Assembly (NCBI GenBank): GCA_040954595.2
Contig: CM082588.2
Coordinates: 8,850,844-8,914,843, forward strand
DNA from: Balanoglossus misakiensis
Lineage: Eukaryota > Animalia > Hemichordata
Reading direction: 5' to 3'
DNA length: 64,000 nt
The notes under the pieces were generated by a model that did not search any database, was not told where the DNA came from, and worked only from the letters and a program-made list of their open reading frames with translations. Position 1 is the first letter of the stretch; every line of letters starts with the position of its first letter. This document shows positions 1-11,323 of this stretch, piece by piece. Both the position numbers and the translations under genes were made by a program.

Positions 1-3000
1 TTATATACCACGCCTGCTTAAAGGACACCGACTTAGCGCGTTGTCTTTCTAATTCGGCGGGGACTTGAGCTTGGTCCCGCCGAGGTAACCGGGAGACGTC
101 GCACACTAGCTGCACTTCCTTCCCCTGTTCCCATGCGTTATATACCACGCCTGCTTAAAGGACACCGACTTGGCGCGATGTCTTTCTAATTCGGCGGGGA
201 CTTGAGCTTGGTCCCGCCGAGGTAACAGGGGAGACGTTTCACACTATCTGCCCTTCCTTCCCCTGTTCCAATGCGTTATATACCGCGCCTTCTTAAGGAC
301 ACAGACTTTGCGCATTGTCTCTCTTATTCGGCGGGGACTTGAGCTTGGTCCCGCCGAGGTAACCGGGAGACGTCGCACACTAGCTGCCCTTCCTTTTCCT
401 GTTCCCATGCGTTATATACCACGCCTGCTTAAAGGACACCGACTTAGCGTGTTGTCTTTCTAATTCTGCGGGGACTTGAGCTTGGTCCCGCCGAGGTAGT
501 GGGGAGACGTCGCACACTAGCTGCCCTTCCTTCCCTGTTCCCATGCGTTATATACCACGCCTGCTTAAAGGACACCGACTTAGCGCGTTGTCTTTCTCAT
601 TCGGCGGGGACTTGAGCTTGGTCCCGCCGAGGTAACAGGGAGACGTCGCACACTAGTTGCACTTCCTTCCCCTGTTCCAATGCGTTATATACCACGCCTG
701 CTTAAAGGACACCGACTTAGCACGTTGTCTTTCTAATTCGGCGGGGACTTGAGCTTGGTCCCGCCGAGGTAACCGGGACACGACGCACACTAGCTGCCCT
801 TCCTTCCCCTATTCCCATGCGTTATATACCACGCCTGCTTAAAGGACACCGACTTAGCGCGTTGTCTTTCTAATTCGGCGGGGACTTGAGCTTGGTCCCG
901 CCGAGGTAACCGGGAGACGTCGCACACTAGCTGCCCTTCCTTCCCCTGTTCCCATGCGTTATATATCACGCCTGCTTAAAGGACACCGACTTAGCGCGTT
1001 GTCTTTTTAATTCGGCGGAGAATTGAGCTTGGTCCCGCCGAGGTAGTGGGGAGACGTCGCACACTAGCTGCCCTTCCTTCCCCTGTTCCAATGCGTTATA
1101 TACCGCGCCTTCTTAAGGACACAGACTTTGCGCATTGTCTCTCTTATTCGGCGGGGACTTGAACTTGGTCCCGCCGAGGTAACCGGGAGACGTCGCACAC
1201 TAGCTGCCCTTCCTTTTCCTGTTCCCATGCGTTATATACCACACCTGCTTAAAGGACACCGACTTAGCGCGATGTCTTTCTAATTCGGCGGGGACTTGAG
1301 CTTGGTCCCGCCGAGGTAACAGGGGAGACGTCGCACACTAGCTGCACTTCCTTTCCCTGTTCCCATGCGTTATATACAACGCCTGCTTAAAGGACACCGA
1401 CTTAGCACGTTGTCTTTTTAATTCGGCGGGGACTTGAGCTTGGTCCCGCCGAGGTAGCCGGGAGACATCGCACACTAGCTGCCCTTCCTTCTCTTGTTCC
1501 CATGCGTTATATACCACGCCTGCTTAAAGGACACCGACTTAGCACGTTGTCTTTTTAATTCGGCGGGGACTTGAGCTTGGTCCCGCCGAGGTAGCCGGGA
1601 GACGTCGCACACTAGCTGCCCTTCCTTCTCTTGTTCCCATGCGTTATATACCACGCCTGCTTAAAGGACACCGACTTAGCGTGTTGTCTTTCTAATTCTG
1701 CGGGGACTTGAGCTTGGTCCCGCCGCGGTAGCAGGGAGACGTCGCACACTAGCTGCACTTCCTTCCCCTGTTCCCATGCGTTATATACCACGCCTGCTTA
1801 AAGGACACCGACTTGGCGCGTTGTCTTTCTAATTCGGCGGGGACTTGAGCTTGGTCCCGCCGAGGTAGCCGGGAGACGTCGCACACTAGCTGCCCTTCCT
1901 TCTCTTGTTCCCATGCGTTATATACCACGCCTGCTTAAAGGACACCGACTTGGCGCGTTGTCTTTCTAATTCGGCGGGGACTTGATCTTGGTCTCGCCGA
2001 GGTAACCGGGAGACGTCGCACACTAGCTGCCCTTCCTTTTCCTGTTCCCATGCGTTATATACCACACCTGCTTAAAGGACACCGACTTAGCGCGTTGTCT
2101 TTCTAATTCGGCGGGGACTTGAGCTTGGTCCCGCCGAGGTAACAGGGGAGACGTCGCACACTAGCTGCACTTCCTTCCCCTGTTCCCATGCGTTATATAC
2201 CATGCCTGCTTAAAGGACACCGACTTAGCGTGTTGTCTTTCTAATTCGGTGGGGACTTGAGCTTGGTCCCGCCGAGGTAACCGGGAGATGTCGCACACTA
2301 GCTGCCCTTCCTTCCCCTGTTCCCATGCGTTATATACCACGCCTGCTTAAAGGACACCGACTTAGCGCGTTGTCTTTCTAATTCGGCGGGGACTTGAGCT
2401 TGGTCCCGCCGAGGTAACAGGGAGACGTCGCACACTAGCTGCACTTCCTTTCCCAGTTCCCATGCGTTATATACCACGCCTGCTTAAAGGACACCGACTT
2501 AGCACGTTGTCTTTCTAATTCGGCGGGGACTTGAGCTTGGTCCCGCCGAGGTAACCGGGACACGACGCACACTAGCTGCCCTTCCTTCCCCTATTCCCAT
2601 GCGTTATATACCACGCCTGCTTAAAGGACACCGACTTAGCGCGTTGTCTTTCTAATTCGGCGGGGACTTGAGCTTGGTCCCGCCGAGGTAACCGGGAGAC
2701 GTCGCACACTAGCTGCACTTCCTTCCCCTGTTCCCATGCGTTATATACCACGCCTGCTTAAAGGACACCGACTTGGCGCGATGTCTTTCTAATTCTGCGG
2801 GGACTTGAGCTTGGTCCCGCCGAGGTAACAGGGGAGACGTCGCACACTAGCTGCCTTTCCTTCCCCTGTTCCCATGCGTTATATACCACGCCTGCTTAAA
2901 GGACACCGACTTAGCGCGTTGTCTTTCTCATTCGGCGGGGACTTGAGCTTGGTCCCGCCGAGGTAACAGGGAGACGTCGCACACTAGCTGCACTTCCTTC

Positions 3001-6000
3001 CCCTGTTCCCATGCGTTATATACCACGCCTGCTTAAAGGACACCGACTTAGCACGTTGTCTTTCTAATTCGGCGGGGACTTGAGCTTGGTCCCGCCGAGG
3101 TAACCGGGACACGACGCACACTAGCTGCCCTTCCTTCCCCTATTCCCATGCGTTATATACCACGCCTGCTTAAAGGACACCGACTTAGCGCGTTGTCTTT
3201 CTAATTCGGCGGGGACTTGAGCTTGGTCCCGCCGAGGTAACCGGGAGACGTCGCACACTAGCTGCCCTTCCTTCCCCTGTTCCCATGCGTTATATATCAC
3301 GCCTGCTTAAAGGACACCGACTTAGCGCGTTGTCTTTTTAATTCGGCGGAGAATTGAGCTTGGTCCCGCCGAGGTAGTGGGGACACGACGCACACTAGCT
3401 GCCCTTCCTTCCCCTATTCCCATGCGTTATATACCACGCCTGCTTAAAGGACACCGACTTAGCGTGTTGTCTTTCTAATTCGGTGGGGACTTGAGCTTGG
3501 TCCCGCCGAGGTAACCGGGAGATGTCGCACACTAGCTGCCCTTCCTTCCCCTGTTCCCATGCGTTATATACCACGCCTGCTTAAAGGACACCGACTTAGC
3601 GCGTTGTCTTTCTAATTCGGCGGGGACTTGAGCTTGGTCCCGCCGAGGTAACCGGGACACGACGCACACTAGCTGCCCTTCCTTCCCCTATTCCCATGCG
3701 TTATATACCACGCCTGCTTAAAGGACACCGACTTAGCGCGTTGTCTTTCTAATTCGGCGGGGACTTGAGCTTGGTCCCGCCGAGGTAACCGGGAGACGTC
3801 GCACACTAGCTGCCCTTCCTTCCCCTGTTCCCATGCGTTATATATCACGCCTGCTTAAAGGACACCGACTTAGCGCGTTGTCTTTTTAATTCGGCGGAGA
3901 ATTGAGCTTGGTCCCGCCGAGGTAGTGGGGAGACGTCGCACACTAGCTGCCCTTCCTTCCCCTGTTCCAATGCGTTATATACCGCGCCTTCTTAAGGACA
4001 CAGACTTTGCGCATTGTCTCTCTTATTCGGCGGGGACTTGAACTTGGTCCCGCCGAGGTAACCGGGAGACGTCGCACACTAGCTGCCCTTCCTTTTCCTG
4101 TTCCCATGCGTTATATACCACACCTGCTTAAAGAACACCGACTTAGCGCGATGTCTTTCTAATTCGGCGGGGACTTGAGCTTGGTCCCGCCGAGGTAACA
4201 GGGGAGACGTCGCACACTAGCTGCACTTCCTTTCCCTGTTCCCATGCGTTATATACAACGCCTGCTTAAAGGACACCGACTTAGCACGTTGTCTTTTTAA
4301 TTCGGCGGGGACTTGAGCTTGGTCCCGCCGAGGTAGCCGGGAGACATCGCACACTAGCTGCCCTTCCTTCTCTTGTTCCCATGCGTTATATACCACGCCT
4401 GCTTAAAGGACACCGACTTAGCACGTTGTCTTTTTAATTCGGCGGGGACTTGAGCTTGGTCCCGCCGAGGTAGCCGGGAGACGTCGCACACTAGCTGCCC
4501 TTCCTTCTCTTGTTCCCATGCGTTATATACCACGCCTGCTTAAAGGACACCGACTTAGCGTGTTGTCTTTCTAATTCTGCGGGGACTTGAGCTTGGTCCC
4601 GCCGCGGTAGCAGGGAGACGTCGCACACTAGCTGCACTTCCTTCCCCTGTTCCCATGCGTTATATACCACGCCTGCTTAAAGGACACCGACTTGGCGCGT
4701 TGTCTTTCTAATTCGGCGGGGACTTGAGCTTGGTCCCGCCGAGGTAGCCGGGAGACGTCGCACACTAGCTGCCCTTCCTTCTCTTGTTCCCATGCGTTAT
4801 ATACCACGCCTGCTTAAAGGACACCGACTTGGCGCGTTGTCTTTCTAATTCGGCGGGGACTTGATCTTGGTCTCGCCGAGGTAACCGGGAGACGTCGCAC
4901 ACTAGCTGCCCTTCCTTTTCCTGTTCCCATGCGTTATATACCACACCTGCTTAAAGGACACCGACTTAGCGCGTTGTCTTTCTAATTCGGCGGGGACTTG
5001 AGCTTGGTCCCGCCGAGGTAACAGGGGAGACGTCGCACACTAGCTGCACTTCCTTCCCCTGTTCCCATGCGTTATATACCACGCCTGCTTAAAGGACACC
5101 GACTTAGCGTGTTGTCTTTCTAATTCGGTGGGGACTTGAGCTTGGTCCCGCCGAGGTAACCGGGAGATGTCGCACACTAGCTGCCCTTCCTTCCCCTGTT
5201 CCCATGCGTTATATACCACGCCTGCTTAAAGGACACCGACTTAGCGCGTTGTCTTTCTAATTCGGCGGGGACTTGAGCTTGGTCCCGCCGAGGTAACAGG
5301 GAGACGTCGCACACTAGCTGCACTTCCTTTCCCTGTTCCCATGCGTTATATACCACGCCTGCTTAAAGGACACCGACTTAGCACGTTGTCTTTCTAATTC
5401 GGCGGGGACTTGAGCTTGGTCCCGCCGAGGTAACCGGGACACGACGCACACTAGCTGCCCTTCCTTCCCCTATTCCCATGCGTTATATACCACGCCTGCT
5501 TAAAGGACACCGACTTAGCGCGTTGTCTTTCTAATTCGGCGGGGACTTGAGCTTGGTCCCGCCGAGGTAACCGGGAGACGTCGCACACTAGCTGCACTTC
5601 CTTCCCCTGTTCCAATGCGTTATATACCGCGCCTTCTTAAGGACACAGACTTTGCGCATTGTCTCTCTTATTCGGCGGGGACTTGAGCTTGGTCCCGCCG
5701 AGGTAACCGGGAGACGTCGCACACTAGCTGCCCTTCCCTTTCCTGTTCCCATGCGTTATATACCACGCCTGCTTAAAGGACACCGACTTAGCGTGTTGTC
5801 TTTCTAATTCTGCGGGGACTTGAGCTTGGTCCCGCCGAGGTAGTGGGGAGACGTCGCACACTAGCTGCCTTTCCTTCCCCTGTTCCCATGCGTTATATAC
5901 CACGCCTGCTTAAAGGACACCGACTTAGCGCGTTGTCTTTCTCATTCGGCGGGGACTTGAGCTTTGTCCCGCCGAGGTAACAGGGAGACGTCGCACACTA

Positions 6001-9000
6001 GCTGCACTTCCTTCCCCTGTTCCCATGCGTTATATACCACGCCTGCTTAAAGGACACCGACTTAGCACGTTGTCTTTCTAATTCGGCGGGGACTTGAGCT
6101 TGGTCCCGCCGAGGTAACCGGGACACGACGCACACTAGCTGCCCTTCCTTCCCCTATTCCCATGCGTTATATACCACGCCTGCTTAAAGGACACCGACTT
6201 AGCGCGTTGTCTTTCTAATTCGGCGGGGACTTGAGCTTGGTCCCGCCGAGGTAACCGGGAGACGTCGCACACTAGCTGCCCTTCCTTCCCCTGTTCCCAT
6301 GCGTTATATATCACGCCTGCTTAAAGGACACCGACTTAGCGCGTTGTCTTTTTAATTCGGCGGAGAATTGAGCTTGGTCCCGCCGAGGTAGTGGGGAGAC
6401 GTCGCACACTAGCTGCCCTTCCTTCCCCTGTTCCAATGCGTTATATACCGCGCCTTCTTAAGGACACAGACTTTGCGCATTGTCTCTCTTATTCGGCGGG
6501 GACTTGAGCTTGGTCCCGCCGAGGTAACCGGGAGACGTTGCACACTAGCTGCCCTTCCTTTTCCTGTTCCCATGCGTTATATACCACACCTGCTTAAAGG
6601 ACACCGACTTAGCGCGATGTCTTTCTAATTCGGCGGGGACTTGAGCTTGGTCCCGCCGAGGTAACAGGGGAGACGTCGCACACTAGCTGCACTTCCTTTC
6701 CCTGTTCCCATGCGTTATATACAACGCCTGCTTAAAGGACACCGACTTAGCACGTTGTCTTTTTAATTCGGCGGGGACTTGAGCTTGGTCCCGCCGAGGT
6801 AGCCGGGAGACGTCGCACACTAGCTGCACTTCCTTCCCCTGTTCCCATGCGTTATATACCACGCCTGCTTAAAGGACACCGACTTAGCGTGTTGTCTTTC
6901 TAATTCTGCGGGGCCTTGAGCTTGGTCCCGCCGCGGTAGCAGGGAGACGTCGCACACTAGCTGCACTTCCTTCCCCTGTTCCCATGCGTTATATACCACG
7001 CCTGCTTAAAGGACACCGACTTGGCGCGTTGTCTTTCTAATTCGGCGGGGACTTGAGCTTGGTCCCGCCGAGGTAACAGGGAGACGTCGCACACTAGCTG
7101 CACTTCCTTTCCCTGTTCCCATGCGTTATATACCACGCCTGCTTAAAGGACACCGACTTAGCGCGTTGTCTTTCTAATTCGGCGGGGACTTGAGCTTGGT
7201 CCCGCAGAGGTAACAGGGGAGACGTCGCACACTAGCTGCACTTCCTTCCCCTGTTCCCATGCGTTATATACCACGCCTGCTTAAAGGACACCGACTTAGC
7301 ACGTTGTCTTTTTAATTCGGCGGGGACTTGAGCTTGGTCCCGCCGAGGTAACCGGGACACGACGCACACTAGCTGCCCTTCCTTCCCCTATTCCCATGCG
7401 TTATATACCACGCCTGCTTAAAGGACACCGACTTAGCGCGTTGTCTTTCTAATTCGGCGGGGACTTGAGCTTGGTCCCGCCGAGGTAACCGGGAGACGTC
7501 GCACACTAGCTGCACTTCCTTCCCCTGTTCCCATGCGTTATATACCACGCCTGCTTAAAGGACACCGACTTGGCGCGATGTCTTTCTAATTCGGCGGGGA
7601 CTTGAGCTTAGTCCCGCCGAGGTAACAGGGGAGACGTTTCACACTATCTGCCCTTCCTTCCCCTGTTCCAATGCGTTATATACCGCGCCTTCTTAAGGAC
7701 ACAGACTTTGCGCATTGTCTCTCTTATTCGGCGGGGACTTGAGCTTGGTCCCGCCGAGGTAACCGGGAGACGTCGCACACTAGCTGCCCTTCCTTTTCCT
7801 GTTCCCATGCGTTATATACCACGCCTGCTTAAAGGACACCGACTTAGCGTGTTGTCTTTCTAATTCTGCGGGGACTTGAGCTTGGTCCCGCCGAGGTAGT
7901 GGGTAGACGTCGCACACTAGCTGCCCTTCCTTCCCTGTTCCCATGCGTTATATACCACGCCTGCTTAAAGGACACCGACTTAGCGCGTTGTCTTTCTCAT
8001 TCGGCGGGGACTTGAGCTTGGTCCCGCCGAGGTAACAGGGAGACGTCGCACACTAGATGCACTTCCTTCCCCTGTTCCCATGCGTTATATACCACGCCTG
8101 CTTAAAGGACACCGACTTAGCACGTTGTCTTTCTAATTCGGCGGGGACTTGAGCTTGGTCCCGCCGAGGTAACCGGGACACGACGCACACTAGCTGCCCT
8201 TCCTTCCCCTATTCCCATGCGTTATATACCACGCCTGCTTAAAGGACACCGACTTAGCGCGTTGTCTTTCTAATTCGGCGGGGACTTGAGCTTGGTCCCG
8301 CCGAGGTAACCGGGAGACGTCGCACACTAGCTGCCCTTCCTTCCCAAGTTCCCATGCGTTATATATCACGCCTGCTTAAAGGACACCGACTTAGCGCGTT
8401 GTCTTTTTAATTCGGCGGAGAATTGAGCTTGGTCCCGCCGAGGTAGTGGGGAGACGTCGCACACTAGCTGCCCTTCCTTCCCTGTTCCAATGCGTTATAT
8501 ACCACGCCTGCTTAAAGGACACCGACTTAGCGTGTTGTCTTTCTAATTCGGTGGGGACTTGAGCTTGGTCCCGCCGAGGTAACCGGGAGATGTCGCACAC
8601 TAGCTGCCCTTCCTTCCCCTGTTCCCATGCGTTATATACCACGCCTGCTTAAAGGACACCGACTTAGCGCGTTGTCTTTCTAATTCGGCGGGGACTTGAG
8701 CTTGGTCCCGCCGAGGTAACCGGGACACGACGCACACTAGCTGCCCTTCCTTCCCCTATTCCCATGCGTTATATACCACGCCTGCTTAAAGGACACCGAC
8801 TTAGCGCGTTGTCTTTCTAATTCGGCGGGGACTTGAGCTTGGTCCCGCCGAGGTAGCCGGGAGACATCGCACACTAGCTGCCCTTCCTTCTCTTGTTCCC
8901 ATGCGTTATATATCACGCCTGCTTAAAGGACACCGACTTAGCACGTTGTCTTTTTAATTCGGCGGGGACTTGAGCTTGGTCCCGCCGAGGTAGCCGGGAG

Positions 9001-11323
9001 ACGTCGCACACTAGCTGCCCTTCCTTCTCTTGTTCCCATGCGTTATATACCACGCCTGCTTAAAGGACACCGACTTAGCGTGTTGTCTTTCTAATTCTGC
9101 GGGGACTTGAGCTTGGTCCCGCCGCGGTAGCAGGGAGACGTCGCACACTAGCTGCACTTCCTTCCCCTGTTCCCATGCGTTATATACCACGCCTGCTTAA
9201 AGGACACCGACTTGGCGCGTTGTCTTTCTAATTCGGCGGGGACTTGAGCTTGGTCCCGCCGAGGTAGCCGGGAGACGTCGCACACTAGCTGCCCTTCCTT
9301 CTCTTGTTCCCATGCGTTATATACCACGCCTGCTTAAAGGACACCGACTTGGCGCGTTGTCTTTCTAATTCGGCGGGGACTTGATCTTGGTCTCGCCGAG
9401 GTAACCGGGAGACGTCGCACACTAGCTGCCCTTCCTTTTCCTGTTCCCATGCGTTATATACCACACCTGCTTAAAGGACACCGACTTAGCGCGTTGTCTT
9501 TCTAATTCGGCGGGGACTTGAGCTTGGTCCCGCCGAGGTAGCCGGGAGACGTCGCACACTAGCTGCCCTTCCTTCTCTTGTTCCCATGCGTTATATACCA
9601 CGCCTGCTTAAAGGACACCGACTTGGCGCGTTGTCTTTCTAATTCGGCGGGGACTTGAGCTTGGTCCCGCCGAGGTAGCCGGGAGACGTCGCACACTAGC
9701 TGCCCTTCCTTCTCTTGTTCCCATGCGTTATATACCACGCCTGCTTAAAGGACACCGACTTGGCGCGTTGTCTTTCTAATTCGGCGGGGACTTGATCTTG
9801 GTCTCGCCGAGGTAACCGGGAGACGTCGCACACTAGCTGCCCTTCCTTTTCCTGTTCCCATGCGTTATATACCACACCTGCTTAAAGGACACCGACTTGG
9901 CGCGATGTCTTTCTAATTCGGCGGGGACTTGAGCTTGGTCCCGCCGAGGTAACAGGGGAGACGTCGCACACTAGCTGCCCTTCCTTCCCCTGTTCCAATG
10001 CGTTATATACCGCGCCTTCTTAAGGACACAGACTTTGCGCATTGTCTCTCTTATTCGGCGGGGACTTGAGCTTGGTCCCGCCGAGGTAACAGGGGAGACG
10101 TCGCACACTAGCTGCCCTTCCCTTTCCTGTTCCCATGCGTTATATACCACGCCTGCTTAAAGGACACCGACTTAGCGTGTTGTCTTTCTAATTCTGCGGG
10201 GACTTGAGCTTGGTCCCGCCGAGGTAGTGGGGAGACGTCGCACACTAGCTGCCTTTCCTTCCCCTGTTCCCATGCGTTATATACCACGCCTGCTTAAAGG
10301 ACACCGACTTAGCGCGTTGTCTTTCTCATTCGGCGGGGACTTGAGCTTGGTCCCGCCGAGGTAACAGGGAGACGTCGCACACTAGCTGCACTTCCTTCCC
10401 CTGTTCCCATGCGTTATATACCACGCCTGCTTAAAGGACACCGACTTAGCGCGTTGTCTTTCTCATTCGGCGGGGACTTGAGCTTGGTCCCGCCGAGGTA
10501 ACAGGGAGACGTCGCACACTAGCTGCCCTTCCTTCCCCTATTCCCATGCGTTATATACCACGCCTGCTTAAAGGACACCGACTTAGCGCGTTGTCTTTCT
10601 AATTCGGCGGGGACTTGAGCTTGGTCCCGCCGAGGTAACCGGGACACGACGCACACTAGCTGCCCTTCCTTCCCCTATTCCCATGCGTTATATACCACGC
10701 CTGCTTAAAGGACACCGACTTAGCGCGTTGTCTTTCTAATTCGGCGGGGACTTGAGCTTGGTCCCGCCGAGGTAACCTGGAGACGTCGCACACTAGCTGC
10801 CCTTCCTTCCCCTGTTCCCATGCGTTATATATCACGCCTGCTTAAAGGACACCGACTTAGCGCGTTGTCTTTTTAATTCGGCGGAGAATTGAGCTTGGTC
10901 CCGCCGAGGTAGTGGGGAGACGTCGCACACTAGCTGCCCTTCCTTCCCCTGTTCCAATGCGTTATATACCGCGCCTTCTTAAGGACACAGACTTTGCGCA
11001 TTGTCTCTCTTATTCGGCGGGGACTTGAGCTTGGTCCCGCCGAGGTAACCGGGAAACGTTGCACACTAGCTGCCCTTCCTTTTCCTGTTCCCATGCGTTA
11101 TATACCACACCTGCTTAAAGGACACCGACTTAGCGCGATGTCTTTCTAATTCGGCGGGGACTTGAGCTTGGTCCCGCCGAGGTAACAGGGGAGACGTCGC
11201 ACACTAGCTGCACTTCCTTTCCCTGTTCCCATGCGTTATATACAACGCCTGCTTAAAGGACACCGACTTAGCACGTTGTCTTTTTAATTCGGCGGGGACT
11301 TGAGCTTGGTCCCGCCGAGGTAG

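Noticed and set aside
18-28. TTAAAGGACAC resembling a Kolobok transposon terminus
   Set aside because: The motif is too short, and there is no matching inverted end.
52-70. CENP-B box
   Set aside because: TTCG is present, but the TTCGNNNNANNCGGG pattern is not completed in the consensus or the variants inspected.
1-137. 5S rRNA, tRNA, snRNA or spliced-leader RNA tandem gene cluster
   Set aside because: Only incidental matches were found (ATACCACG; AG|GTAA). I recognised no 5S internal boxes, cloverleaf or Sm site.
1-137. Hammerhead, twister or HDV ribozyme in the monomer
   Set aside because: There is no CTGANGA/GAAA core on either strand, and by eye no convincing twister or HDV pseudoknot pattern. 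A covariance-model search would be needed to exclude these fully.
385-410. G-quadruplex/H-DNA at the CCCTTCCTTCCCC pyrimidine tract
   Set aside because: The mirror tract is only ~12 bp and one G-run on the minus strand is only GG. The tract is also frequently mutated.
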